From: Candidatus Omnitrophota bacterium
GTDB taxonomy: Bacteria > Omnitrophota > Gorgyraeia > JABMRN01 > RBG-13-46-9
DNA: 64,000 bases
NCBI GenBank assembly: GCA_043817155.1
Contig: JBDRHE010000059.1
Location: 97-64,096, forward strand
Direction of reading: 5' to 3'
Each line of letters starts with the position of its first letter. Position 1 is the first letter of the stretch. A program made the position numbers and the translations under genes. The notes below the pieces were generated by a model. It ran no database searches, had not been told where the DNA came from, and was given only the letters and a program-made list of their open reading frames with translations. Below are positions 48,781-59,180 of the stretch, piece by piece.

Positions 48781-50546
48781 TTTGATTCCAACAGTTGCAA
48801 CCTTGCCATCTGGTTAAAATGGCCGCCTATCTCAATTAGCTCGGAATACGCCCCTTCTTCGACTACTTTTCCGTTTTTTAACACATATATATAGTCGGCA
48901 TTAGCGATCGTTGAAAGACGATGGGCTATTACTACAATGGTGGTCTCCTTGGCGATTCTCTCAACAGCCTGTTGAATTAACCGTTCGGATCGCGTATCCA
49001 GCGAACTTGTAGCCTCATCTAGAATCAGAAGAACCGGCTCCCTAAGAATGGCCCTGGCAAGCGCTATTCTCTGGCATTGGCCGCCTGAAAGACAAATACC
49101 GCGATCCCCAACCATTGTACCGTAGCCCTTGGGAAACTCGCTTATGAATTCATCCGCATTGGCTAAAACGCAAGCGCGTTTGATACCTTCGTTTGTTGCG
49201 TCCTCCTTAGCCCAGAGAAGATTATCTTTGATGCTCATATTAAAGAGAACGCTCTCTTGAGGTACATAACCTATCCTTTTGCGATAAGAATCGATATTGA
49301 AGTCCCGTAAATCAACGCCGTCAAACATGATTCGGCCTTCTCTTGGCTCATTAAACCCCATGATCATATCAATAAGTGTTGACTTCCCTGAGCCTGATTC
49401 GCCTACGATCGCTACCATTTTTCCTTTTGGAATTTTTATACTAATATCTCTCAAAGCCAAATCATGATCAGGATAGGCAAATGAAACATTCTCAATGTAT
49501 ATAATTTTCTCGAATTTTATAAAAGAACGTTCACCTGATCCTTGCTTCAAGATCTCAGCCTCCGTCTTGAGCTTTTTAATCTGTTCGTAACTGGGACAAA
49601 AATTTGCTAACGCATTATTTTGAGTAATTATGGTTGCCAACAGCGGAATAACATATCGCAATGCCAAGAAGATAACGCCTATGTCCGATAAGGGTACCAT
49701 CAATCTTTTAGAAACCAAGAAACCTATTACAATGACCAATACACCAACTGGTTCATAAATAAGCGGGATCGACTCTTTAAGGGTATTCGCCTTCAGTACA
49801 ATTTTGCGTAAGGTATAAAGAGAGCGAGCGGTCTTTTCTATATTTTTTTTCTGATTTCCGAAACCAATTATCAGTTTAGCCAAACTTAAGCTCTCCTGCA
49901 TAACATGTGTTAATTCATTGGAACTGTTAGTCGCTTCCTTGCCAAGATTGTATCCTATGCCACTTAAATAATAAATAGGTGCAGCGAATAACAAACTCAC
50001 CATTAAGCTAATGGAAGTTACCTGCCAAGAGAGGTAAAATGGTATACTGAGATAGAATATTATCTGCAGAAAACAAGAAAGAAGCATTACCGCCGATCTA
50101 AAACCCTGCCCTACCATCTCCGTTTCGCGTGTCAATGTGTTAAACAGTGTCCCTTGCCTGTTACTGCTGAAAAATAACCATCGTGCCGAAAATATCTTCT
50201 CGAGAGTTTCGACAAAAATAGTGCGCCACACAACATTCCAAGTCTTTAGCGCCGTCCATCGTGCCAAAAGATAAAATGCATTTCTCAGGATCTGGAAGAG
50301 TAGAAAAAAAACAAGATAAGTACCCAGCGTAAGTGGTAATCCGAGGCTCTTGAATAATGTTACGATTTTTTGCGTAAGAACACTGATGCCTTGAGCTCCA
50401 GGGGACACAAAATAGTCAATAATGGGCGCAATGGAACAAAAAGACAACACCCCAAAGACGCTTACCGCAAGCAAAACCAGAGTATTAAGAATGAACAAAA
50501 AAGGAAATTTTTTAAATAGTTCGTAAAAGAATATAAGTACCTTCAT
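48777..50546 (-). CDS. ABC exporter, fused permease/ATPase (MsbA/PglK-like)
   Basis: TM domain, GESGSGKS, LSGGQCQR, LDEATSSLD, IAHRLS. Confidence 0.95.
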   Translation of the reverse strand: MKVLIFFYELFKKFPFLFILNTLVLLAVSVFGVLSFCSIAPIIDYFVSPGAQGISVLTQKIVTLFKSLGLPLTLGTYLVFFLLFQILRNAFYLLARWTALKTWNVVWRTIFVETLEKIFSARWLFFSSNRQGTLFNTLTRETEMVGQGFRSAVMLLSCFLQIIFYLSIPFYLSWQVTSISLMVSLLFAAPIYYLSGIGYNLGKEATNSSNELTHVMQESLSLAKLIIGFGNQKKNIEKTARSLYTLRKIVLKANTLKESIPLIYEPVGVLVIVIGFLVSKRLMVPLSDIGVIFLALRYVIPLLATIITQNNALANFCPSYEQIKKLKTEAEILKQGSGERSFIKFEKIIYIENVSFAYPDHDLALRDISIKIPKGKMVAIVGESGSGKSTLIDMIMGFNEPREGRIMFDGVDLRDFNIDSYRKRIGYVPQESVLFNMSIKDNLLWAKEDATNEGIKRACVLANADEFISEFPKGYGTMVGDRGICLSGGQCQRIALARAILREPVLLILDEATSSLDTRSERLIQQAVERIAKETTIVVIAHRLSTIANADYIYVLKNGKVVEEGAYSELIEIGGHFNQMARLQLLESK

Positions 50547-50570
50547 CCCTTTATCTTTCTATCTTCAAAG

Positions 50571-51515
50571 TTAGTCGATATCCATAAGATCCGTATACAC
50601 TTCCTGAAGAAGTGACGCGTTCGGATAATAATCCAAGAAATCCTTTACTGTCGAACGGTAGTCATTTTTATTTGTATCGGAAAAATAGTTTTTCCAAATA
50701 CCGATTTTTCCTGTCCAGCCACGCGGATACTTGGTTGAATTACTGCTGTTGTTCTCGGTATGCTTTTTGGCACCTTTTACAATTACGTTACACTTCTTCG
50801 CGCAATCCTGACTCACTGGAAATCCAACCAAGAAATTAGACATCACATTCAACGTCTCCTCTGTTTTTAAGACAAAGTCCTCGTATTTCAGTATCAGTGA
50901 CCTTTCTGCATTCCTGAAACGCAACCAATCAACCATCCAGCTGAGTGTCGCATTTAGATATCCTTCCCGTATCAAACATTGGAGGGATTCATTTATATCA
51001 ACTCCGTTTCTAAAAACCCATCCAGGAACCGGATAGACATTAGTCTTTACCCATCCGTTCTTTTCGTGCTCCTCTGCCGAAATAAGATAATCGCAAATGT
51101 TGCAATATAATGCAACAATCTGATCTGCAGGATGCCTTAACAGTATAATGTACTTAACTCCCAACAACTCTAAAACCTTCAGATTCTTGCCTGTCGCGCG
51201 TGTGTGAAATTTTAATACCCCTCCTTTCGGAAAGTCTTTTACCAATTCGGGCCGTAAATCCGAATCCCTGTTGGCGAGCATATATTTCGCATAGGACCTT
51301 GATTTCTTACTGACCATAGACAGAATCTCGGCGACGCATGAACCGATAACCGAAGAGGCGGACTTTGGTATAGCCGCTATAATTGTGAGGCGATCTTTAA
51401 AATAATTCTCTTTTAATTTTTTATTAGCTTCTTTGTTGGCTAGCAGATCCCTAATGGCCGCAATAACAGAAAACGGCAGATGTCTCATCTCGGGGATCTG
51501 GTTAGATCTTTTCAT
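50571..51515 (-). CDS. Sulfotransferase-domain protein
   Basis: IAAIPKSASS (5'-PSB-like), LLRHPADQIVA (3'-PB-like), KYEDF, GKIGIWKNYF. Confidence 0.8.
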   Translation of the reverse strand: MKRSNQIPEMRHLPFSVIAAIRDLLANKEANKKLKENYFKDRLTIIAAIPKSASSVIGSCVAEILSMVSKKSRSYAKYMLANRDSDLRPELVKDFPKGGVLKFHTRATGKNLKVLELLGVKYIILLRHPADQIVALYCNICDYLISAEEHEKNGWVKTNVYPVPGWVFRNGVDINESLQCLIREGYLNATLSWMVDWLRFRNAERSLILKYEDFVLKTEETLNVMSNFLVGFPVSQDCAKKCNVIVKGAKKHTENNSSNSTKYPRGWTGKIGIWKNYFSDTNKNDYRSTVKDFLDYYPNASLLQEVYTDLMDID

Positions 51516-52732
51516 CCCAATAACTCCTTATTCTGACGTAAAAATTCCGAGCCAATCCGCAAAAGAAAGAGTTTATTTAGGTAGCTGGGTTTAAATAGAG
51601 ACCAGAAGCTACGCTGGAGCTCCTCATCCTCTTCTGTGGTTCTCCATCTTCCGTTCAAACGATCATCCATCTCACGAACCATATCAGCGATCTCCTCCGG
51701 TGTATTGTCAACCACCTCTATCCCTTCCTCAGCAAAATGCTCGGTCATAATGAACCTGCCCACACCGGAATCTATGACCTCCCGGAATGTTAATAAACGG
51801 TCCTCGCCTTTCCTACGATACTTCTTGGCAATTAAGAGCCCCCTGGAATCCCATGTAGGAATATACTCAAGGGGAGCTAGGTTTGACCACGCTATCGGCT
51901 TTCGAAAAATCCATGGAACTGTAACAAGGCCCGAGGCAGAACTTATAAAGAATCTGCAATTGGCGCATAGATAGATATCCAGAAAATCGTCTCTACACTT
52001 TGTCGCATAATCTATAATTCTCGGGTTCTTAACTCTTAGTGGCGCATTAACAGCGGCGCCCATTCTCACAACAAAGTATCCACGCATGACCAACTCTTCG
52101 GCCGTCAAGATATAATTTTCTACATCCACATCCTTGTAATCCTGATAGCTTGAATCAAGCTTTGGATGAATTTTGTCAAGATAGGCCGAATCCCTTGCAT
52201 GAAAACAGACAAAGGGAACACCTTGTGGGATTCCCAACTCTCTCAACTTCTTCTCCCCAATCTCAGTCTCCTTTTTGGTAAAGAAGAGGTGGGGCGATCT
52301 CAAGCAGTAACCACTTATATCCCTATCCGTAGGCAATTCGATGGTGTGCAATTTTCCACCCGGCAAAAATCTGTTAACCTTATCTAGAACGTGTGCATAC
52401 TGAAATATATGTATGTGGCGGCCCAGCATCCTCTTAAGCTGTTGATTGCATACCTCATACATAGACTGTAAATAGAAGATGTCTATCGTTCTCTTGCCGT
52501 ACTCATCATCATCACGTTTGCAAAGATAATGTTCCGTTTGAGCGGCGAAGTGGCCGATTCTACTGCTTGCCAGAAATCCAAAACGCATAGTGATGATAGG
52601 GCGCAATAGCCGCACAATGATAACGATTAAGAATGCCGGAGGCATCGATAATAGGATAGCGCACTTTTGCCTAAAGACACGCAATCCACCATTGGTTATC
52701 ATTCTTATTTGGCGCTTAAAAAACTCTGTCAC
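51512..52732 (-). CDS. Putative glycosyltransferase, TIGR04372-like
   Basis: RIGHFA, CFHARDSAYL, VVRMG, IIDYA, DIYL..CRFFI, NTPEEI. Family recognised from memory. Confidence 0.8.
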   Translation of the reverse strand: MTEFFKRQIRMITNGGLRVFRQKCAILLSMPPAFLIVIIVRLLRPIITMRFGFLASSRIGHFAAQTEHYLCKRDDDEYGKRTIDIFYLQSMYEVCNQQLKRMLGRHIHIFQYAHVLDKVNRFLPGGKLHTIELPTDRDISGYCLRSPHLFFTKKETEIGEKKLRELGIPQGVPFVCFHARDSAYLDKIHPKLDSSYQDYKDVDVENYILTAEELVMRGYFVVRMGAAVNAPLRVKNPRIIDYATKCRDDFLDIYLCANCRFFISSASGLVTVPWIFRKPIAWSNLAPLEYIPTWDSRGLLIAKKYRRKGEDRLLTFREVIDSGVGRFIMTEHFAEEGIEVVDNTPEEIADMVREMDDRLNGRWRTTEEDEELQRSFWSLFKPSYLNKLFLLRIGSEFLRQNKELLG

Positions 52733-52748
52733 TATTCTCTCCGATCAA

Positions 52749-53957
52749 TCAAACATCCACTTTAAGATTTTCTCGATTCGACTTTCTTATAACGATATAG
52801 TGATACGGTGTTCCCCACAGATTGCTTACATACTCTGTCCCGTGGTATGCAGATATCAAGTCCTTCAGTTCTCTGCCTCTGAGAGCATCATACAACTCTT
52901 TCATCTCAGAATTAAAAGACCGCACTCGTTCATCTTTACACTTCATAAGGTATTCATCTAAAGCGACCGGATACGCTATGGGCTGGGCAGTAAGGTTGCC
53001 GTCCTTCGTCCGCCTTGAAATCTCCCTTATCAAAAGAGAGACCGAATTGATCACCTCGGTTGTAGCGGGTTCGATTTCCGCACGCGATGAATAGAATCCT
53101 GTAAGAAAGAATGGAAATACCGCTGACCAGTTAGCGAGAATTCTTTTGTTCAGACTGCCTGAATTGGGGATATTCTTGTACCAGGAGAAATGATCGAAGG
53201 TACTCCACTTGGGTGAAGATGAATAGAATTTCGCATCATATTCTTTCGCCAATGAAAGAAGTTCGGAATAACTCCATAGGTACCGATCGCAGTAGAATGG
53301 GTTCACAAGACCATCCTTCCACCAAATTTCGAAAGAACGTGTGGTATTCAGTCGTGAATAATCCTGGCCATACAGATCCCTGGCTAGCTTACAAGAAGCC
53401 TTGCTACGAACATTCTTAATTCCTGCCAACTTGCATGCCCGCCAAAGCATAAGACGCCTCGTAAATTCAAGAAGGCTTCCATAACGATCTATGAATGAGA
53501 TAACCGCCAGTCCCCCCGGCACCAACGTTCTCAAGATCTTATGAACCATTCGATCCCGATTATCGAGCGTAAAGAGAAACCCTTCGGCAAGAACAATATC
53601 GTACGACATTTTGGGTGCAAAGCTCGCGAGATCATTCTTCTCCAATGAAACGATTCTATCCTGAAAGCCGAAACTCTTAAAGAGCATCTTGAGTCTTGGC
53701 AGCACCTGCCCATTCGGTTCCACCAGCGTGAGATCCGCTCCTAAAGAGGCAAGAACAAGCGCATTCTCTCCTGAATTGCATCCTATCTCAAGAACTGAAC
53801 GCCCCTTTATTAGCGAAAGAGGGATGTTCAAATGGCGCTCATACAGGTTGCACCTTTTTTGGAAGTGAGCGTTCCACTCCTTCCGGTCTCTGAGTTCAAT
53901 CGGTACCGGATTAAAGTTGTTACTTTGATAGTATTTCAATAAAGATTCTCTTGGCAT
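52749..53957 (-). CDS. Class I SAM methyltransferase
   Basis: VLEIGCNSGEN, VEPN, YDIVLAEG. Confidence 0.82.
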   Translation of the reverse strand: MPRESLLKYYQSNNFNPVPIELRDRKEWNAHFQKRCNLYERHLNIPLSLIKGRSVLEIGCNSGENALVLASLGADLTLVEPNGQVLPRLKMLFKSFGFQDRIVSLEKNDLASFAPKMSYDIVLAEGFLFTLDNRDRMVHKILRTLVPGGLAVISFIDRYGSLLEFTRRLMLWRACKLAGIKNVRSKASCKLARDLYGQDYSRLNTTRSFEIWWKDGLVNPFYCDRYLWSYSELLSLAKEYDAKFYSSSPKWSTFDHFSWYKNIPNSGSLNKRILANWSAVFPFFLTGFYSSRAEIEPATTEVINSVSLLIREISRRTKDGNLTAQPIAYPVALDEYLMKCKDERVRSFNSEMKELYDALRGRELKDLISAYHGTEYVSNLWGTPYHYIVIRKSNRENLKVDV

Positions 53958-53990
53958 CGGTTTTCTTTCCGGTTAATATTTAGCCTGCTA

Positions 53991-54665
53991 TCATACCCCT
54001 TTACGCTTACCGCAACCAATGGCTATTAAGTAGTGCGCCATTGGCCTAAAACCTGTGTGGATCACTTCATCGTTTGCCCCAAAGATAAAGACATTTGAAA
54101 AATATTGTCTCATCCTATCTTCAATCCGATCACCAGAGAAAAGATTGACATGACCGGCTTTCGTTATATCTTTTGCAAAGACTTGTGAAGTTACATTTGG
54201 TGTCCCTATGATAGCGATCCCATCTGGGTTAAGACAGTCAACGCACTCTTTGAAGAATCTGGACTCATTCTCGGGCAATATATGTTCTATAACATCGAGA
54301 ATAACCAAAGCATCACATTGGTCCTGTTTTCTATTTAAAAAATCGGAACATTCGAATGACACCCTGGGATCCTTCCAGTTCTTATTGCCGATATCTATTG
54401 AATCTTTATCCATGTCTATACCCTTTGCCTGGCCGCACTCAGTAGCCAGAAGCCAGGTACCGAGCCCCTCACCGCACCCAACGTCAAGCACGCGCTTGCA
54501 TGTGCCGATCACCTTTGCGGCAAATTTATAATAGCTCATCGAATAGAGAATCCTTCTGGGGCTACTCTTAAATTGGTAAGATAGATATCTTCCGAGTATA
54601 ACCTTGTCGTCTCCCATCAGCTCTTTCACGGATTCCCACTTTGATCTTTTACCGCAATCGCTCAT
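53991..54665 (-). CDS. Class I SAM methyltransferase (paralog of 54662-55348)
   Basis: YKFAAK, VLDVGCGEG, DVIEHI, IGTPN, HVNLF. Confidence 0.9.
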   Translation of the reverse strand: MSDCGKRSKWESVKELMGDDKVILGRYLSYQFKSSPRRILYSMSYYKFAAKVIGTCKRVLDVGCGEGLGTWLLATECGQAKGIDMDKDSIDIGNKNWKDPRVSFECSDFLNRKQDQCDALVILDVIEHILPENESRFFKECVDCLNPDGIAIIGTPNVTSQVFAKDITKAGHVNLFSGDRIEDRMRQYFSNVFIFGANDEVIHTGFRPMAHYLIAIGCGKRKGV

Positions 54666-55348
54666 AGCGAATATTCCGATCTTTTGTTACAACCTATGCA
54701 TACTAGATAATGCGCCATCTCCGTATAACCTGTATGTACCACCTCGTCATTGATCCCGAAAAGAAATACGTTTCTGAATATTCCTTGCATGGAGGTTTTC
54801 AAACGGGATGAGTCGAACATGTTAAGATGGCCTTCCTTACTCGCGGGTGACGCATAGGCTCGAGCTCTTATGTTAGGTGTACCGACAATGCCTATACCGT
54901 CCTCTTTTAAGTTGCTATAAATAGTGTCAAAGAAACGCTGTTCGCTTGATAGCGCTATATGTTCAACGACGTCTAAGCTTACAACCGTATCAAATTGGCC
55001 ATAAACTCGTCCCAGGAAATCATCTTTCATGAATGATATACGGTCGTTTGACCAGTTTTGCGTTGCTACCTCTATCGCGCTTACATCGGAATCTACACCT
55101 CTGTAACTCTTGGCAAATTCTGTTAGTATCGGAACGCCCATTCCTTCGCTGCACCCCAGCTCCAGGATGCTTCTGTCCTTAGACCCCACCTTAGCGGCAA
55201 ACTTATATCTGGAAAGGACGAAAGCCAGACGTTTGGGATCGTTCTTAAGATTGTAGGACCAATGTCGTCCGAGCGTCATCTGGCGATCACCAAGCATGTC
55301 TTTAACCCTTCTCCATACCGCTTTCTCGTTAATACCCTTATTACTCAT
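54662..55348 (-). CDS. Class I SAM methyltransferase
   Basis: YKFAAK, ILELGCSEG, DVVEHI, VGTPN, HLNMF. Confidence 0.9.
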   Translation of the reverse strand: MSNKGINEKAVWRRVKDMLGDRQMTLGRHWSYNLKNDPKRLAFVLSRYKFAAKVGSKDRSILELGCSEGMGVPILTEFAKSYRGVDSDVSAIEVATQNWSNDRISFMKDDFLGRVYGQFDTVVSLDVVEHIALSSEQRFFDTIYSNLKEDGIGIVGTPNIRARAYASPASKEGHLNMFDSSRLKTSMQGIFRNVFLFGINDEVVHTGYTEMAHYLVCIGCNKRSEYSL

Positions 55349-56285
55349 TGCTTATGCCCTTCCAGTTTGCCGCGACACGTTCTATGCAATCTGAAATTGG
55401 CGTAAAACCTATATCAGTTTCTCGTACTAATCGCTCTGTGCGCATGCTGGTATTCTTGGGACGCATAGTATTGAATCCGATTTCGTCTAATGAAACTCGA
55501 GAGATCTTACGGGTATCGCATCCCAGCGCTCTTGCCATCTCTATTGCCAGATCATACCGCGACCACCTCTCGGGCGAGCATACATTTACTACCCCGCAAA
55601 TCCCCCTGCTTTGCAGATCTGCCACCACCCTGACCAGATCTGATCTAAGCGTGGGGCAGAATATCTGATCATGGGCAGCCCTGATAGTACCGCCGGACAT
55701 AAGGATCCCTGCCATCTCGTCAAGCAGCGTGCCATCGTTTCTATTTAGCGAAAAGATCTTGCTCAGACGGATAATCAGGTAGTTTCCTTCGGTAATTTCG
55801 TCTATCTTCTTTTCAACCTCGGCCTTATGCCTGCCATACTCTACTATGGGAGATCTATCTGATTTATCCCTATAACCGCCTGAATAGCCATCAAATACAC
55901 AATCGCTCGAAGTAAATATGGGTTTCATACCTGAAGCAGCAAGTTGTCTAATAAGCTCAAGGGTACCATCAACATTAACTTTTCTGCTAAACTCCTTATT
56001 CTTTTCGCATTCAGAAATATCCGTGATCCCGGCAAGTATGAGAGCGTCTTTATAGCCTCTCTCCTTAAGCTTGAGACGACTTGTGTTCACCTCGAGAAGA
56101 TCCAATCGAGAGTCGCTTTGCTCTTCCTTTCTGCGAACTGTGCCTACACAATCTCGATGACTGGTCCGATAAGCTTCGAAGAAAGCAGAACCTAAATACC
56201 CGGACCTGCCTATTATTACGGTCTTGGGCAGTTCCAGTGGCAACTGCAAGTCGCTTAGTTTCTTTGCACCCTCTTTTATAAACAC
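55341..56285 (-). CDS. RmlD-like NDP-4-keto-sugar reductase (extended SDR)
   Basis: GRSGYLG, SSDCVFDG, YGRHK, DQIFCPT. Confidence 0.85.
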   Translation of the reverse strand: MFIKEGAKKLSDLQLPLELPKTVIIGRSGYLGSAFFEAYRTSHRDCVGTVRRKEEQSDSRLDLLEVNTSRLKLKERGYKDALILAGITDISECEKNKEFSRKVNVDGTLELIRQLAASGMKPIFTSSDCVFDGYSGGYRDKSDRSPIVEYGRHKAEVEKKIDEITEGNYLIIRLSKIFSLNRNDGTLLDEMAGILMSGGTIRAAHDQIFCPTLRSDLVRVVADLQSRGICGVVNVCSPERWSRYDLAIEMARALGCDTRKISRVSLDEIGFNTMRPKNTSMRTERLVRETDIGFTPISDCIERVAANWKGISNE

Positions 56286-56289
56286 GCTT

Positions 56290-57051
56290 CTACTCCTTTA
56301 TAACATACGCTGCCGGGGCATTGGTCCATGACAGTGTCTTAATCTTGAATCCCTGCTTTCCCCCGAAAAACTCATCAACGGCTCTCGTCTCTCCTTGCCA
56401 TTCCGGCATCGAATATTCATCAAATAGCATAAGGCCGCCTGGCGAAAGAATCGGCCAGAGAGATTGGAGGGCCACTTTTGTAGGTTTATAAAGATCGCAG
56501 TCAAAATGAATCAATGAAAATCGAACCCCGCTATTTTCATTGACGAAATTAGGAACGGTCTCTTCTATGTCGCCCCTTACGAGTTTTATACGGGATTTCC
56601 ACGGTATAAATCTGTCCTCGTCAAATATCGCGATCGCCTCCCGGAGCTCCTCATAGTATTTGTCCGGGCTGAATCCTCCTTCAAACTTTTCAACCTCATC
56701 GGCGCTCTTGCCATCCTCAGGAGCAAGTTCACCAAAACCTTTCCAGTTATCGAACCCATAAACGACCTTCGTGCGGTCACCGATACAATAGGCCTCCAGA
56801 AGATTGGCCCAGGTCATAAGACCTAGGCCCCTGAAAACTCCGAGTTCCGCGATATCTCCTGGAACCTCAAGGGTCTTCTTGAAGAGTTCCGCATGCGCCA
56901 GGAATCTCTTGAGCCATTGCCTGCGAGCCAAAACGGGAAATAGCTTAACTGCATTCAAGGGGTCAATATGAAATTTCCGGCAGAAGTCCTCTATTCTGTC
57001 CTCTATGCTGGAATCCACCCCAGTCTTCTTAAATCCGTCAAACTCTCTCAT
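56290..57051 (-). CDS. TylF/MycF/NovP-family sugar O-methyltransferase
   Basis: VPGDIAELGVFRG, YGFDNWKGF, IHFDCDLYKPT, FDEY, GETRAVDEF. Confidence 0.92.
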   Translation of the reverse strand: MREFDGFKKTGVDSSIEDRIEDFCRKFHIDPLNAVKLFPVLARRQWLKRFLAHAELFKKTLEVPGDIAELGVFRGLGLMTWANLLEAYCIGDRTKVVYGFDNWKGFGELAPEDGKSADEVEKFEGGFSPDKYYEELREAIAIFDEDRFIPWKSRIKLVRGDIEETVPNFVNENSGVRFSLIHFDCDLYKPTKVALQSLWPILSPGGLMLFDEYSMPEWQGETRAVDEFFGGKQGFKIKTLSWTNAPAAYVIKE

Positions 57052-58057
57052 ATTTAGCAGCCTCCTTCAAATTGAATATATTGTACGCGTCTAATGGTTT
57101 AGGCCTATCTACGTTAGGCATAATATACGTATCAATAAACTCCTTGCTCTCCCCGCACAAACAGGACGGGTATTCCCCGTTAAACCAGGCGCTGCTTAAT
57201 AAACTTTCGCGCATCTCGCCAAGTGTTTTGTCGCGAATATTTCCAAGTGTAAACTGCATAAAATTGCAGGGAAGAAAGTGTCCGTCTGCAGATAACGCCA
57301 TAAATTCAGTGCCCGCAGGACAGTGGTCTTTCTCTCCGGAGTATATATCCCTATTCACCATTCTCTGCCCGTTCTTTAGCACCGGGGAATCTATCTGGAG
57401 TTGCTTAATATATCTGGAGTCTTCGGGGTTTACAAGGAGCTCTCTTCTGCCATCCCACTTGCCCCACGGCTCCGCTATCTGTACCTCCAGTCGTATACCT
57501 TTGGACTTAGCGTATTCATATGCTTTCTTAAAGCCGGTGTTATATAGCGATTTGTGCGTTACAACAATAGAGATTGAAACCAATAGCCCTTCTGACAACA
57601 CATAATCTATAGATTCAAGCACCCTCTTATAAGAGCCGGTCCTCCTGTTTGCATCATGTTCCTCCTCTATACCGGAATCGAGACTGAAAGCGATCTTATC
57701 AACCTTGAGACTCTTAAGCCAACGAATCTTATCCAGAGACATATTCCATCCGTTTGTAACGACGTTCAGATAGGTCTCGTCCGGATAACAAGAACGCAGT
57801 ATCGTTTCAAGGCGTTCAGGATCTTCAATCGGCTCGCCTCCCTGAAATACATAGTGGAATACTCCCAGGTTATATGCTTCGTCCAAAGTACTCTTCAATA
57901 TGTTCATTTCTACAGGCTTTACATGTGCAAAGGTTTCGGCGTAACAGTGAGTACACCTCATATTGCAGCGGGGAGTAACGTCAAGCGCAATAGTCCTTAA
58001 GGCCCCATTCTTATGTTCGTATTGCTTTTTATGTAACCTATTTTTTTCAGAATACAT
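57038..58057 (-). CDS. Radical SAM/SPASM protein
   Basis: CNMRCTHC, QGGEP, VTNG, CPAG..PCNF, CLCG. Confidence 0.92.
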   Translation of the reverse strand: MYSEKNRLHKKQYEHKNGALRTIALDVTPRCNMRCTHCYAETFAHVKPVEMNILKSTLDEAYNLGVFHYVFQGGEPIEDPERLETILRSCYPDETYLNVVTNGWNMSLDKIRWLKSLKVDKIAFSLDSGIEEEHDANRRTGSYKRVLESIDYVLSEGLLVSISIVVTHKSLYNTGFKKAYEYAKSKGIRLEVQIAEPWGKWDGRRELLVNPEDSRYIKQLQIDSPVLKNGQRMVNRDIYSGEKDHCPAGTEFMALSADGHFLPCNFMQFTLGNIRDKTLGEMRESLLSSAWFNGEYPSCLCGESKEFIDTYIMPNVDRPKPLDAYNIFNLKEAAKYERV

Positions 58058-58070
58058 GCCTTACTTCCTC

Positions 58071-59180
58071 TTAAACAAATTCCAGGTGTTCTCTATCCTG
58101 TTCTAAATATTCTAAAACAAGCTTGTTCTTTACATTCGCCACACAGTGATGGTTGCATGCCGCTCGGGGATCAATTTTAAAGAATTTGCTTTTATCCAAA
58201 AACCAGAAATCCTTAAACCTTCTCTCTTTTATAGATCCGATCAAGCCGTCTTTCAGGTTATATGCTTTGTCCTGGCACGGATATATATTCAGGTCTGCGC
58301 CGATGACAGGGAGAATCTGAAGATACGGACACCATGAATACTCTTTGTTGAATCTCTCTTCAAGGGTATGGTATGAATCGTTTATCTCAAAACCATCATC
58401 GGCAAAGTCATTCACCATTCTCCCGATCGCTTCTTTAACCGTATCAAATATGGAACTGTGATAAAGATTGTTCTCTGCGCCGTCATTGCTGACAATACAG
58501 GGTGAGATCTTCACATTATCTATTCCAATATCCTTAAGTCTTTTGACAAATTGGTATATATGAGCAGCGTTAACCCTATCGACTATTATGCTGACGCCCA
58601 GAATGCATTTGCCGCCCAATTTTTTGAAGCGCTCTATATTACTCATTACCTTTGCAAATTCCCGCCTATCCACACCCCTGTATCCGGAGTAGCTCTCTTC
58701 ATCCCACCCATCCATTGAGACACGAAGCCATGTTCCGTAACGCGCAAAGATCGCAGCCAAATCGCCATCCAACAGTGATCCGTTCGTCAATGCTGCAAAT
58801 TTGACCGAGCTCGATCGCAACCTGTTAATAGCTTCCGTAAGGTGAGGGTAGCAGAGGGGTTCCCCCCCTCCGCTAAAGGTAACGGACTTAACCCCCATCT
58901 CTACTATGTCATCCAATATCTCCATCACTTTCTCCCTGGGAATCTGGTCTCTCCTATTCATATCCTTCCCGAGTTGCAGCCCGTCCACCCTGTATGCACA
59001 ATATCTACAATTGTGATTACATATGTTTGTTGGCTTTATCCTTATATGGATGGGGTTCATCACCCTGTCTACAGAGGGCGAGAGAGAGTCTATCTTATCC
59101 ATATAATGGAATATCTTAAGATTCGAGTATATAACCTTCTTATGACAATTCCTGTTCCTAGTCGAAGTATATGAACTCAT
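58071..59180 (-). CDS. Radical SAM/SPASM(twitch) protein
   Basis: CNHNCRYC, FSGGGEP, LTNG, CPYLQ..YPCQDK, CNHHC. Start set at ATG 59180 (SD AGGTG). Confidence 0.92.
   Translation of the reverse strand: MSSYTSTRNRNCHKKVIYSNLKIFHYMDKIDSLSPSVDRVMNPIHIRIKPTNICNHNCRYCAYRVDGLQLGKDMNRRDQIPREKVMEILDDIVEMGVKSVTFSGGGEPLCYPHLTEAINRLRSSSVKFAALTNGSLLDGDLAAIFARYGTWLRVSMDGWDEESYSGYRGVDRREFAKVMSNIERFKKLGGKCILGVSIIVDRVNAAHIYQFVKRLKDIGIDNVKISPCIVSNDGAENNLYHSSIFDTVKEAIGRMVNDFADDGFEINDSYHTLEERFNKEYSWCPYLQILPVIGADLNIYPCQDKAYNLKDGLIGSIKERRFKDFWFLDKSKFFKIDPRAACNHHCVANVKNKLVLEYLEQDREHLEFV

Noticed and set aside
58862-58868. C7 (minus-strand G7) tract as a phase-variation switch
   Set aside because: Encodes the conserved SGGGEP radical SAM motif, is in frame and is short.
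1712-59180. RiPP cluster suggested by SPASM enzymes plus ABC exporters
   Set aside because: No precursor peptide, RRE/PqqD domain or peptidase domain seen; the context is overwhelmingly sugar-nucleotide enzymes.
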